From an uncultured Verrucomicrobiae bacterium (GTDB lineage Bacteria > Verrucomicrobiota > Verrucomicrobiia > Chthoniobacterales > Chthoniobacteraceae): a DNA stretch of 64,000 nucleotides. Below, one piece after another: positions 11,734-22,428 of the stretch. A model generated the notes under the pieces. That model was not told the DNA's origin. It was given only the letters and a program-made list of their open reading frames with translations, and searched no databases. The DNA lies in NCBI GenBank assembly GCA_963828525.1, contig CAWHEP010000004.1, forward strand, positions 197,891-261,890, in the 5' to 3' direction. The translations under genes and the position numbers were made by a program. How positions within the stretch are numbered: the first letter of the stretch is position 1; each line of letters begins with the position of its first letter.

Positions 11734-12411
11734 ATGATATCGCTGGAATCGACCGAACAGACCTTGGACCTTGACACAGCCCCGAAGGAAGTCATCTCCG
11801 CGCGCAAAGCAGAACGCCTGTCACACCACGATGAGGAGCGGACTGGCCCCTCAGATGAGGAGTTGATGGCGGCAGTAGGACGCAGCGACCCCGATGCGCT
11901 GGCAGCCCTCTACGACCGTTATGGAGCCCTGGTCAAATCCGTTGTCATGCGGATCATTCACTCGGAAGCCGACGCTGAAGACCTTCTTCAGGAAATCTTT
12001 GTTGAGATTTGGAATGTGTCCGCAAATTACTGCGCCAGCAAAGGCAAAGTGCTTGGATGGATCATCACCATGTCACGCCGCCGATCGATCGACCGGCTGC
12101 GCAAGAAGCAATCGTACGCTCGTGTATCCGAGAAACTGCAACTGGAGACAGAGCAGCAACCAGAGGCTTGGGTCACCAATTCGGCGGACGAGGATATCGA
12201 GCGCAATGACGTAAGGAAAATTCTCTCGGAGGTGCTGTCCACTCTGCCTCCGGCGCAGATGCAGGTGATCGAATTGGCATTCTACCGCGGCATGAGCCAG
12301 CGGGAGATTGCAGCCCATACCAACATACCGTTGGGCACGATCAAGACCCGGATCGAGTTGGGTTTGAAGAAAATTAGCGCGCAGTTGCAGGGGCTCCGCC
12401 TCGAATTTTAG
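11734..12411 (+). CDS. ECF RNA polymerase sigma factor (SigK/RpoE-like)
   Basis: Region 2 DAEDLLQEIFVEIW; region 4 GMSQREIA...PLGTIKTRI. Confidence 0.9.
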   Translation: MISLESTEQTLDLDTAPKEVISARKAERLSHHDEERTGPSDEELMAAVGRSDPDALAALYDRYGALVKSVVMRIIHSEADAEDLLQEIFVEIWNVSANYCASKGKVLGWIITMSRRRSIDRLRKKQSYARVSEKLQLETEQQPEAWVTNSADEDIERNDVRKILSEVLSTLPPAQMQVIELAFYRGMSQREIAAHTNIPLGTIKTRIELGLKKISAQLQGLRLEF

Positions 12412-12609
12412 TTTTCCTTGGGTTGCGGACGAGCGGCGGACCTTCAATGGTCCGCCGCTCTGTGCTTTCTGGATTGCCCACAGGGAAAAACGGCGCAGTG
12501 CCGTTTTATTCGTAACCGTGCCAGTCGGGCGTGGTCTTTCATGTTGCAGGGGATCCTCCCTGCTCCGCGCCGCCTCGCGCGGGCATAAACTCCAAACCCC
12601 ACGAAAACC

Positions 12610-13122
12610 ATGACTCGAACAACCGTCGCCCTTCTATACGCAACCCTCGTTGCCGCTACCGTTCTAACAACTACAAGCAGCGCCCAGCCTCGTAGGCGGC
12701 CCCAGCCTCTCACGTCGGGAAGTGACAGCTCCGCGAAACCCGGTGAAGAGCTGCCGGATATTCAGATGGTTCCGGTAGGGATATCTGACAATCAGACACT
12801 TCGTATCGTCGCGCTCAATCTTTCCAAAGACGAGACACCGACCGTCACTGTCAAATTTGTTGATAGCGAGGGGAGCAGCGTTCTGCAGGGGAACGCGGCC
12901 ACAATCCAGTCTGGACAGCTAAGTACCACCGACCTTGATCGTGGCGCTGTCAGCGGAACCGGTAGAGTGGAAGTGCGGGCTGTTGTCAGTGTCACTGGCC
13001 AGGACGGGCCTGGCGACCTGCGGCTTTCGTTGGAAGTGTTTAACAACGCCACGGGACAGACCACCGTTCTCTGGACCGGGCGAGCAGGTCCTCCACCGCC
13101 TCCAGATCACGAAGGTCGCTAA
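12610..13122 (+). CDS. Secreted hypothetical beta-rich protein
   Basis: Signal peptide ending SSA-Q; beta-strand pattern. Confidence 0.65.
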   Translation: MTRTTVALLYATLVAATVLTTTSSAQPRRRPQPLTSGSDSSAKPGEELPDIQMVPVGISDNQTLRIVALNLSKDETPTVTVKFVDSEGSSVLQGNAATIQSGQLSTTDLDRGAVSGTGRVEVRAVVSVTGQDGPGDLRLSLEVFNNATGQTTVLWTGRAGPPPPPDHEGR

Positions 13123-13144
13123 GTATCTTCTCTGGTGATAACGG

Positions 13145-14580
13145 TCACTGCTTGGGGGATTCATCCGTTTTCGACTGACTGTAAACAACGCGCAAATCCC
13201 GCGCGCCGTATCTCGCCAGATCAATCCCGTTCACACGGAACACGTATTCGCGAATGAGGGGTAAATAGTAGATGGCGAAATGCTGTTTCAGATAGCTCGC
13301 AAGATCTGCCTGAGTCATCACGCCAGAAAACCTCAGCGTCCCGGCCGTTTTTTCCGGGGGCATCATGCATGTCAGTTGTTCCAATGACCCGACGGCAATG
13401 ACATTATTGCCCGGCAAGGATGCTGCCAACGAGATCAGGCTTCGCGTGTTGCGGATGGTGGAAAGCCGCTCGGTGTGATCCTGCAGGATCGCTCCCTTGG
13501 CCAGCTTATCATTTCTGAAAGTGACGAAAGAACCGACCATAACGAGGGCGCAAAACACCCCGAACGCCCCTCGCGGCGAGGACCCGTGCCAGGATAAGGA
13601 ACACAAAAGGGACGACTGGCAGCAAGTAACCGGCCTGGTCGGGAAGCGCTAGAAAGGCCGCAATGTAGATCACCATTATCCCTCCCCACGCGAGCAAATC
13701 GCATCCCGAAGATTCGCTGCCCGGTAGCGTAGTCTTTGGTGGCACAGCCGGTTTGCTTCTCGCCTGACGGATGATAATGGCGCAAACGGCAATTATCAGA
13801 CCAAGCAACCCTGGCGACTCCCAGACCTCAACAGTCGCGCGGGGGAGTATCTCTCTCCACCCCGGACGCTCATGGCTGTCGTAGAACGTCAGAAATCCCC
13901 GCCCATACCTTAGAAATACGGGAAGGAAGACGGCGGCGGCTGTCGTCACGCAGCCAAGCCCGAACGAAGCGATACTGGAAATTGGTTTTCGCCTCCCCGG
14001 CGCGTTCACAAGGAGAAGACACAGCGGCAGCGCCATCGCTCCATAAGTGATTCGGCATCCCATGGCGAGACCCAGGAGCAGGCCACCGCGTAAAGCCATC
14101 CCTCGTTGAACAGCCAGCACGGCTGCGAGGCCGAACGCGAGCCCCCAAACGTAGTCTTTCGAGGTCACGGAACTAACGTAAAACAGTGGCGTGAACGCCA
14201 GCGCGGCGGGCCGCCAGCAGGTAGTTTTTGCAGCCGGACCCGCGCGCGACCAGCGCGAACAAGATCACGGCTGCGGCTCCCATCAACGCGGATGCGCCGT
14301 TGAGCACGACGGGACCAGCCTTCCACTCTACTAACTCGCTTTTACCCCCCCACAAGGCGGCGCAGATGAACTCCTGCACGGGGTAGCCCGGCAGCCGCGA
14401 TGCTTCGTATCGGTGGGAAAGGGCGATTGTCCGCGCTGCTCTCGCCACTCGCCAGGCATCGATATTCACCCCGTAGCCGGCGTCGAGAAAGGGCAGTCGC
14501 GATAGCAGGACGAAAACAAAAAGACAGCCCAGGACAAGGTATGGACGGAAAGGGGAGGGCAGAGCCGGATCTTGTTGCAA
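13145..14580 (-). CDS. Multi-TM membrane protein, GT-C glycosyltransferase-like (frameshifted)
   Basis: Three co-directional hydrophobic ORFs; DAW...SRLPGYP loop after the first TM. Confidence 0.55.
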
Positions 14581-14632
14581 CCTTTTGCATTTACATGATG
14601 CCCGGTTTTCGGAGAAGGATTATCGTGGGCCG

Positions 14633-15868
14633 ATGTCGAATCCACGCTTCGCTATTCCTCCGAAGGTCGCCGGAATGGCCGATGCCGTCACGCGGGCCCT
14701 GCTTCCTCTCGCGGTGTATGGAATGGGGGTCTGTTTTGTCGATCTTGCTGATTGGCGTCTCGGCATCTTGAGAGCGACCGGTCTAGCAGTTATCGCCTGG
14801 GGGCTGTTTGCTCTTATGAGGAGACCGCTTCCTCCGTCATCCCAGTCGGTTGTCTGGGCGGTGCTTATCATTTTACTAGCGCTGCTCAAGCTTGTTCCCG
14901 GTCTTGCTGCCGCGGGAAAGGATTTTGGGAAAGGGCCGAATGACATAGGCTACACCACGGCGGCGGCGGTCGAGGTGCTGGATAATGGGGGGTCCATTTA
15001 TGCCACCCCAATCGACAAACAAGGAGATATCAAAGGCGCAAATTCCGGCTTCCGCTTTTTCTACGGCTACAAATATGGGCCTGTAACGCCGCTATACTAC
15101 AGCGAGTTTCTGCGTCTTTTCGGTTATCCGAAGGGCCTCTACTTTGGAAATGTCTTGCTGCTTCTGCTTGCCGCCCCGCTCGCCGCCGCGCTCGCGGCGG
15201 GTGTCCTCGGAGGCTTCCGCCGGGCGCCGCTGGCTGCGGCGGTTGCTTTCTTCTGCGTTGTTTTCCCGAGATTTACCTATTTCGAGCTTTTCTCACAGGG
15301 CGTGAATGACCTGCTTCCCACAGTGCTCATTGCGGCTTCACTCTATCTTGCGACCCGGGGAAACGCTTTTTTCTGCGGCGTTGCCGCCGGTCTTTCTCTT
15401 GCCTGTAAACCGCTGCCAGGAGCGCTTTACCTGCTCCTGCTTCCCGGCACGGTACGCGCTCTTCCGCTGCTTGCGGGGTGCGGGATTGGACTAGGCGCAA
15501 TGCTTCCCGATTTCATCCGCGCGCCTCGTGAAATGATCGCCAATCTCATCCTCTTCAATCTTTACCGGCAGGATGATAACACGGGCCTTGCCTACTTCCT
15601 GCCCGAGCATGTTCGTCCTCTTGTTTCCATGGCGGCGTTGCTCCTGGTTGGCGCGGTTGCGTATGCTTATCACACGGGCAAGCATGACGGAGCCGCGCTG
15701 GTGGGGAGCGCTGCGCTGCTCGCCACCGTCTTCCTCGCGACAGGCAAGGTGGATCATCGCAATTATTTCCTGTGGTGGACGCCACTCCTCGGTCCGGCTT
15801 TGGCAGTGACTTGCTACCGCCCTGAGAAAGTGGGAGGACATTCATCCGTCGCGATTGAGACGCCCTAA
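14633..15868 (+). CDS. GT87/DUF2029-like membrane glycosyltransferase
   Basis: About 10 TM helices; YKYGP, GVNDL and LACKP motifs. Confidence 0.6.
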   Translation: MSNPRFAIPPKVAGMADAVTRALLPLAVYGMGVCFVDLADWRLGILRATGLAVIAWGLFALMRRPLPPSSQSVVWAVLIILLALLKLVPGLAAAGKDFGKGPNDIGYTTAAAVEVLDNGGSIYATPIDKQGDIKGANSGFRFFYGYKYGPVTPLYYSEFLRLFGYPKGLYFGNVLLLLLAAPLAAALAAGVLGGFRRAPLAAAVAFFCVVFPRFTYFELFSQGVNDLLPTVLIAASLYLATRGNAFFCGVAAGLSLACKPLPGALYLLLLPGTVRALPLLAGCGIGLGAMLPDFIRAPREMIANLILFNLYRQDDNTGLAYFLPEHVRPLVSMAALLLVGAVAYAYHTGKHDGAALVGSAALLATVFLATGKVDHRNYFLWWTPLLGPALAVTCYRPEKVGGHSSVAIETP

Positions 15869-15895
15869 ACGGGACAAGTTCAGCGCCGCCGCTGA

Positions 15896-16843
15896 TTATC
15901 CGTTCTGGAGTGTCCCGACGTGAGCCGCCGCCGCGAGACCCAGCCCAGCCAACGCGTAACCGCCCTCAAGCACCGACACCAGCCGCCCTTTGGCGTGTGT
16001 ATCCGCGACGCGCGCCGCCAGGCGGGTCAGTTCGGCGAAATCGGCGTCTGTGAGCAGAAAGCCGCCGAGTGGATCATCAACGCGAGAATCGAAGCCCGCC
16101 GAAATGAGAACCAACTCCGGTTTGAAAAGCTCCATCGCGGGAAGCAGCTGCTCTTCAAACGCCCGGAGGATTGCTGAACCTCGAGTCGCGGCGGGAAAGG
16201 GGCAATTCATCGTTGCCCCCGCGCCAGGTCCTTCCCCGATTTCGCTCCTTGATCCAGTGCCCGGATACCACGGCGCCTGATGGGTGCTGAAAAAGAAGAC
16301 CGAGCCGTCCCTATAGAAGATGTCCTGCGTTCCATTTCCGTGATGAACATCCCAGTCCACGATCAATACTCTGTTTATCCCATGACGCGCTTGCCCGTAT
16401 TTGGCCGCGACGGCGACATTATTGAAGATGCAGAATCCCATTCCTTGCTGGACCGAGGCGTGATGGCCTGGCGGTCGCGCGACACAGAAGGCGTTATCGA
16501 CGATTCCATTAAACACGGCGTCGAGCGCGCTCAAGACCCCGCCCACTGACCCAAGTGCCGCCTCCAGCGAGCCGGGAGAAAGCGGTGTGTCGCCGGTGCT
16601 CAATTCGGCGCGCCCTTGCCCCACTTCCCGTTCCACCAAATCCACATAGCCCGTGGAATGGCAGAGGGTAAGTTCTTGTCTGGCCGCGCGCCGCGCCTCG
16701 ATTGGCAGTAATGAATCCATCAGCGCGGCCGCGCGCAGAGCATCCATCACAGCGTCAAAACGCTGAACCGATTCAGGATGGCCGTCGCCCGTGACATGCC
16801 TCTTGCAACCCGGCTCCGCGTAAATGCCTGTTCTGTATCTCAT
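15896..16843 (-). CDS. Histone deacetylase family (AcuC/HdaH-like) protein
   Basis: HPES..R, RPPGHH, GFCIFNN, DWDVHHGNGTQ, SAGFD, LEGGY. Confidence 0.92.
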   Translation of the reverse strand: MRYRTGIYAEPGCKRHVTGDGHPESVQRFDAVMDALRAAALMDSLLPIEARRAARQELTLCHSTGYVDLVEREVGQGRAELSTGDTPLSPGSLEAALGSVGGVLSALDAVFNGIVDNAFCVARPPGHHASVQQGMGFCIFNNVAVAAKYGQARHGINRVLIVDWDVHHGNGTQDIFYRDGSVFFFSTHQAPWYPGTGSRSEIGEGPGAGATMNCPFPAATRGSAILRAFEEQLLPAMELFKPELVLISAGFDSRVDDPLGGFLLTDADFAELTRLAARVADTHAKGRLVSVLEGGYALAGLGLAAAAHVGTLQNG

Positions 16844-18295
16844 GGAGCCCGCCGTTCCCTGTGTTTCAAGTATGCGCTTGTTATTTCGCGACGGTTGACC
16901 TTGCCACGCTCGCTGAAGGGGATTTGCTCGACCATCCACACGTCGCGCGGCACCTGCCAAGGGCTGAGTACCTGCCGGCAGTGATCCAGGACATTTGACA
17001 GCGTCACCAGATGGTCAGCCGAAACGCAGGCGACAGGTTCCTCGTTCCGGAGAGGAGATGGCACTCCGAACACCACGACGTTGCGTACCCCTGGCATCTC
17101 ACAAATCCTGCTCTCGATCTCAAGGGGGTTCAGTTTGCGACCGGCCACGTTGATGACATCGGATGCTCTGCCTTCAACATACAATCCCTGCGGGGTGATC
17201 CGGACAAGGTCGGAGGGCGCGAACGTCCCTCCGCTCAAAACCGCCTCATCTCCCTCCGGGAGATAGCGATCTCCTACTGCCGCGCTTCTCACGGTGATGA
17301 AGGTCGCGTCTCCCGCGCCATCTGCTTCCACTCGGACGTTCCGCAGGGCAACCCCGGCGAAGCCTTCCTCATACGACATAGCATCGGAGGCATCGTACGC
17401 AATGCCGCCGCACTCGGAAGAGCCGTAAAAAGAGTGAACCTTCAAGCCAAATTTGTCTGAGAAACGGCGTCCAGTGGATGGCGCGAGCGGAGCGCCCGCC
17501 GAGATACACAGCCTCAAGTTGGGCAGGGACGGGTTCCCTTCCAATCCAGCAAGCGCTTGGTAGAGCACAGGCATCCCTGGAAACACCGTGGCGCGGCTCG
17601 CTCCGAGACCGTCCAATATCGCGCGCGGCAGGCGATCTCGGGCGGTTACGAGCGGTACCCCGCGGCATAGCAGAGGGGTGATGAGGTTGCTGAAGCCGTA
17701 GGAATGCGCGAATGGGATGGCGCCGAAATTCAGATCCGTCGTGGTGATGCCCATCGTTTCGCAGATGTTGTCGCAATCCGCCACGAGCTGATGGCAGCGA
17801 AAGGCGATGGCTCTTGGGAGGGCAGTCGTGCCTGAGGTCAGTTTGAGAAAGTCCGGGGGTGGATACTGGAAAGCCGGAGTTACAAAACCGGTGCTCGACA
17901 GCGTGACCTTGTCGCGGTCGTTTTGGATCAATCCAGCAGCCTGGACGGCGCGCGAGCGCGCCGTCACGTTCCGCCGGTTCCATCTGGCCCAAGGGCAGAG
18001 GAATGAGCTTGAGTTCCAGGCATGCAATCAATACTGCGGGCCAGGCCGCATTGTTCCCGATCTGGATAGCGATCACCGACCCTGATTTGAACTCGGAAAG
18101 CTCCCCTTTAAATATTGAAGCCTCCGCGTCAATTTCTGAGAAAGACCGCTCAACCTCGCGCGAAGTCGAGTAGATGGCGGGAGATCCCCGATGAACTTCT
18201 AACGCGCGCCGCCACCTGCTGATCAGCGTCTCAGGGGGGGCGGCTGCTTCTGCCGATGCGGTCTCAGGGGTCGGACTCGATAGAGGCGCAGCCAT
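16840..18295 (-). CDS. AMP-forming acyl-CoA synthetase/ligase (class I adenylate-forming), frameshifted
   Basis: TSGTT P-loop, YGSSE, SDL, GRxxDVIN and a terminal GKV lysine. Confidence 0.85.
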
Positions 18296-18361
18296 CAACA
18301 AAAGTAGTTTTCATTTGCAGCCATCTCGGAGGCAGGCTAGCTTCTTCTTCTTTTTGAAGCC

Positions 18362-18586
18362 ATGAAAGCAGATATTCATCCTAAATACGTCGAATGCGTC
18401 ATGTCCTGTGCCTGCGGGACGATCTACAAAACGCGGTCAACCCGGAAGGATATCCGCATCGGCATCTGCGCTGCTTGTCATCCATTCTTCACCGGCGAGC
18501 AGAAGTTTGTGGACACAGCCGGGCGCGTTGAGAAGTTCGCCCGGCGGTACGGCAGCACCAAGGCGACCCGCCTTGTGAAAAAGTAG
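18362..18586 (+). CDS. rpmE: 50S ribosomal protein L31 (Zn-binding C+ type)
   Basis: [23 protein letters not shown]. Confidence 0.97.
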   Translation: MKADIHPKYVECVMSCACGTIYKTRSTRKDIRIGICAACHPFFTGEQKFVDTAGRVEKFARRYGSTKATRLVKK

Positions 18587-18697
18587 CTGCAAGCCTCCTG
18601 GCCTCGATGAGAGGCGCTTGTTCAGCGCGCGGGTTTGATCCCCGCAGCTCCTCTGTATAGCACGTTGCTAAAAGTTCCTCGCCGTACCGCAGGTTTC

Positions 18698-19792
18698 ATG
18701 GACTTCGAACCCCTCATTAAAAAAAAGCGGGAGCGCTTCAGCGAACTCGAGTCGGAGATATCCTCGCCAAGCTTCTACGATAATCCGCAGAAGGCGCGCG
18801 AGGTAATGCGTGAGCATGCCCGATTGCAAGAGTTGCTTCAGAGCCACGAGGCTTTCAGCAAGGCGGGCGTCGAGCTCAAGGAAAATCAGGAGCTCGCCAA
18901 ATCGCAGGACGCGGAGATGGCGGAGATGGCGCGCGCCGAGATTCCAAGCCTTGAAAAGACCATCGCGGATTCCGAGATGAAGATACAGGTCGCTCTGCTG
19001 CCTCCTGATCCGTTGGAAGAAAAAGACGCCATAGTCGAGATTCGCGCCGGGACCGGCGGCAGCGAGGCCGCGCTTTTCGCGGCGGATCTGCACCGGATGT
19101 ACATGCGTTACGCGGAAACACGCGGTTGGAAGGTGGAGGAGATGGAAGCAAGTCAGTCTGAATTGGGCGGGTTGAAAGACGTCACATTCCGTGTTGGAGG
19201 AGACGCCGTCTTTCGCCAGATTCGGTACGAAAGCGGCGTGCACAGGGTTCAGCGAGTACCGGCCACCGAGGCCCAAGGGCGCATCCATACTTCCACTGCC
19301 ACAGTGGCCGTCCTGCCGGAAGCGGAGGAAGTCGATCTGGAAATCCGCCCGGAAGACATTCGCATCGAGGTTTGCCGGGCCGGCGGGCCGGGCGGGCAGG
19401 GGGTGAATACAACGGATTCCGCCGTGCAGGTGCTGCACATTCCGACAGGCAGGATTGTCCGCTGCCAGGATGGCCGGAGCCAACAGAAGAACAAAGAAAA
19501 AGCGCTTAAAATCCTGCGGTCAAGATTGCTGGAGGAAAAGCAGCGAGAGGAAGCGGAGAAATACTCGGCGCACCGGAAAAGCCTGATCGGCTCAGGGGGC
19601 AGGGAAGAAAAGGTGAGAACGTACAACTTCCCGCAGAATCGCGTTACAGATCACAGGATTAACCTGACCATCTATAACCTGGACACCTTCATGGAAGGCA
19701 AGATCGACGAGGTGGTGGAGGCCCTTCAGGCCAGCGACATGGAACAGCGTCTGGCAGACGTAGATTCAGAAAGTGGAGTAAAATCCGAGTAG
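18698..19792 (+). CDS. prfA: Peptide chain release factor 1
   Basis: GGQ motif, PAT (PxT) stop-recognition loop, RTYNFPQNRVTDHRI; follows rpmE. Confidence 0.96.
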   Translation: MDFEPLIKKKRERFSELESEISSPSFYDNPQKAREVMREHARLQELLQSHEAFSKAGVELKENQELAKSQDAEMAEMARAEIPSLEKTIADSEMKIQVALLPPDPLEEKDAIVEIRAGTGGSEAALFAADLHRMYMRYAETRGWKVEEMEASQSELGGLKDVTFRVGGDAVFRQIRYESGVHRVQRVPATEAQGRIHTSTATVAVLPEAEEVDLEIRPEDIRIEVCRAGGPGGQGVNTTDSAVQVLHIPTGRIVRCQDGRSQQKNKEKALKILRSRLLEEKQREEAEKYSAHRKSLIGSGGREEKVRTYNFPQNRVTDHRINLTIYNLDTFMEGKIDEVVEALQASDMEQRLADVDSESGVKSE

Positions 19793-19853
19793 TACACGGA
19801 AATTGGGCGTGTTCTTTGAGCATTCGAAGCGCGGGCTTGTCTATGCAAGCAAT

Positions 19854-21299
19854 ATGAAAAGCAATCGCCCCTTTTTGGCCTTCGGCTGCCTTATTTCCCT
19901 TGCGGGTTTCCTCTATGCGGAAGCTCCGGAGCAGGCTGCTTCCTCGCCCGCGCCCAAGATCACTGTTGACGCGTCAGAGGCGCCTCGCTTTACCGCCTTC
20001 CCAAGCTTTGCTCCTATCGTGGAGAAAGTGGCGCCCAGCATAGTGAGTGTCTATACCAGCAAAACCGTTCATCGGCCAGCCATGCCCCCGGAATGGAAAC
20101 GCTTCTTCGGAGGCGGAGATGATCAGGGCTCCGGCACTGTGGAAGGGCTTGGCTCGGGGGTCATTGTCAGTCCCGATGGCTACATTCTCACGAACAACCA
20201 CGTGATCGAGGGAGCGGATGAAATCTTTGTAAGCATCGGCCTGAAGCGCAAGGAGTATAAGGCGAAGAAGATCGGAGCGGATGCCGGCACAGACATCGCT
20301 GTGCTCAAGATCGAGTCGAAGGATTTGCCGTCGATCACATTTGCCGACTCCGATAAGGCGAGAGTAGGGGACGTCGTGCTCGCGGTGGGCAATCCTTTCG
20401 GACTCACCGAGAGCGTCACATCCGGCATCATCAGCGGGTTGGGGAGGGGAATGGGCATCGCGGACTACGAAAACTTCATCCAGACAGACGCTTCGATTAA
20501 TCCGGGCAACTCGGGCGGCGCGTTGGTCGATACCGAGGGGCGGTTGGTTGGCATCAATACGGCGATCTTCAGCCACAGCGGGGGGAACCAGGGTATTGGC
20601 TTCGCAGTCCCATCAAACCTTGCGCATCTCGTGATGCAGAGTCTCAGGGAACATGGGAAGGTGGTACGCGGCTTTCTTGGCACGTTAATCCAGCCGCTCA
20701 CCCCCGAACTCGCGGACGCCTTCAAGCTTAAAGAGGTCTCCGGAGCGCTCATCTCACAGGTCACGGGCGGGAGCCCAGCGGAAAAAGCGGGCCTTAAAAG
20801 CGGCGACATCATCACGGCGGTGAACGGCAAGCAGATCGATGACGCTCGCAGCCTCCGAGTCACCATCGCCAGCATGTCTCCCGGCACAAAAGTGGATGTC
20901 GCCTACCTTAGGGAAGGAAAGGCGGACACAGTCCAGGCAATTCTAGGCCAATTGCCCGAGAAGAAGCCGGACGGTTCCTCCACCGAATCGCCCGGAGAGA
21001 ATGTCTCGAACATATTGGACGGCATCACCGTCGGCGACATCACTGATGAAGCCCGCAAGACCTTGCAGATCCCGTCGAAGATCCATGGCGCTCTCATTAC
21101 CGATATCGACAAGGAATCAGCGGGCTATACTGCGGGCCTCCGCGAGGGAATGGTGGTCGAGGAACTCGATCAACAGCCGATTAAAGACTCGGAGCAGGCA
21201 GTTCATCTCAGCGAAAAGATTCAAAAAGATGAAAAGGTCCTTCTCAGGGTATGGGACGCAAAAGAGGGCAGCCATTACGTCGCGCTGGAGAAGAAGTGA
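19854..21299 (+). CDS. degQ: DegP/DegQ (Do family) serine endoprotease with two PDZ domains
   Basis: TNNHV, DIAV and GNSGG catalytic triad motifs; signal peptide. Confidence 0.9.
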   Translation: MKSNRPFLAFGCLISLAGFLYAEAPEQAASSPAPKITVDASEAPRFTAFPSFAPIVEKVAPSIVSVYTSKTVHRPAMPPEWKRFFGGGDDQGSGTVEGLGSGVIVSPDGYILTNNHVIEGADEIFVSIGLKRKEYKAKKIGADAGTDIAVLKIESKDLPSITFADSDKARVGDVVLAVGNPFGLTESVTSGIISGLGRGMGIADYENFIQTDASINPGNSGGALVDTEGRLVGINTAIFSHSGGNQGIGFAVPSNLAHLVMQSLREHGKVVRGFLGTLIQPLTPELADAFKLKEVSGALISQVTGGSPAEKAGLKSGDIITAVNGKQIDDARSLRVTIASMSPGTKVDVAYLREGKADTVQAILGQLPEKKPDGSSTESPGENVSNILDGITVGDITDEARKTLQIPSKIHGALITDIDKESAGYTAGLREGMVVEELDQQPIKDSEQAVHLSEKIQKDEKVLLRVWDAKEGSHYVALEKK

Positions 21300-21456
21300 A
21301 GCGCCCCAGCCTATCCCGACTTTGTTGCGTTGAATATGGAGGCGAGTTACAGCCATTCCTCTGGAGCCATCGGTGCGAGGAGCGTTATTGTCCTGCATAT
21401 CGTAGTCGATAACTACTTGGGACAGCGGGCTTCACAGCGGATCACGCTGTTGAAAA

Positions 21457-21471
21457 ATGCAGCCTGACCCC
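21457..21471 (-). repeat. Orphan right end of the RAYT element (ATGCAGCCTGACCCC)
   Basis: Matches 23848-23862. The preceding bases (GGATCACGCTGTTGAAAA) resemble the transposase 3' end (GGATAGCGCTGATGAAAA). Confidence 0.9.
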
Positions 21472-21472
21472 T

Positions 21473-21673
21473 GGAAAAACGCGCGAGGACGTTGAAGCGA
21501 TGGTTGAGGGGGCGAAGGCAAAGGCGAAGACGATGAAATGTTGCAAGAAGGTGAAGCTGACGTTAAAGCATTCCTCCAGCGGAAGCTGGAGTCAAGACAT
21601 CGAAGATTGGGCATGGGGAGACACAGGTTGGGATAGCAAGTTTCCAACGGAACTGGATGGGGGAGCGTCATAA
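21473..21673 (+). pseudogene. 5'-truncated ORF fragment, possible orphan toxin C-terminus
   Basis: 66 open codons (GKTREDVEAM...MKCCKKVKLTL...LDGGAS*) starting at the repeat; the TAA abuts the ATG of the next gene. Confidence 0.5.
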
Positions 21674-22196
21674 ATGAGTGAATTGCGACACGACAGTGCG
21701 GCAACTGCGGAAAGGCTCGCGGCTTTTGCTTTGAGTCTACTATTGGTTTGTATTTCTGGAACTCTGGAAGAGGTCACATCTAGCAATCTTTACTACCTCG
21801 CAGAAAAGCTAGATCAAGGTAAACCTTTGCCCCGACTGACTGAATGGATATTTCAGCACATCGGGCACTGGTCCGACTGCGGAATAGTGTGTATTTTTAT
21901 TTTACCTTGGATGTTGCTTGTGTTGTACAATATTGCATCAGTTCCAGGAAAAGCTGAGACACAGCATTACAAATTGATTTATGGATTCATCTGCTTTGCT
22001 TCGATTGAAGGTGCTTTATTTCTGATTTTCACATTTAGCAGCTTGTTTCCTTTTATTCCGAATTACGGAAATTACGGATTGAAACCCGCTGGTCTCCCAG
22101 CAGAGGCTTACGTCACCGCAGATTCTGTTGTTTGGAGTAGTCGTAAGCATAATCCTTGCGATTGCATTTAAGCGAAAAAGACGGAAGCAACCATAA
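21674..22196 (+). CDS. AT-rich multi-TM hypothetical protein, possible immunity protein (indel near 22100)
   Basis: Three TM helices in the ORF plus a fourth in the shifted frame (QILLFGVVVSIILAIAFKRKRRKQP*). Confidence 0.55.
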
Positions 22197-22321
22197 AATG
22201 AACAGGCGGTTAGATAATATGATACTTTATGGGGCTGATCCTGGGCATACCCAGGCGCTAAATGAGGGTAATTAGTGAAACGCGTGTCGCGAAGACTGAA
22301 ACATCTATGAATGAGGAAGGT

Positions 22322-22419
22322 GAGATCTCCCGGGGGTCAGGCTGCATCTGTTGACAGGTTTTGAAGAATCTGTCGCCTTGGACGGGTATGGCGAGGAGCA
22401 TTCGAATCGAGTATCCAGG
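22322..22419 (+). repeat. 98-bp direct copy of the RAYT left end, promoter region and first codons ([11 protein letters not shown])
   Basis: Identical to 22749-22846. Confidence 0.95.
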
Positions 22420-22428
22420 GGAATACCC

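Noticed and set aside
18698..19792. Programmed frameshift in the release factor
   Set aside because: The gene is a continuous prfA (PxT motif), not prfB.
19818..19833. 16-bp match GAGCATTCGAAGCGCG to the variant RAYT end, plus a TGTTC-N3-GAGCA LexA-like site upstream of degQ
   Set aside because: One 16-mer match is plausible by chance in 64 kb, no IR accompanies it, and the LexA-like spacing is wrong.
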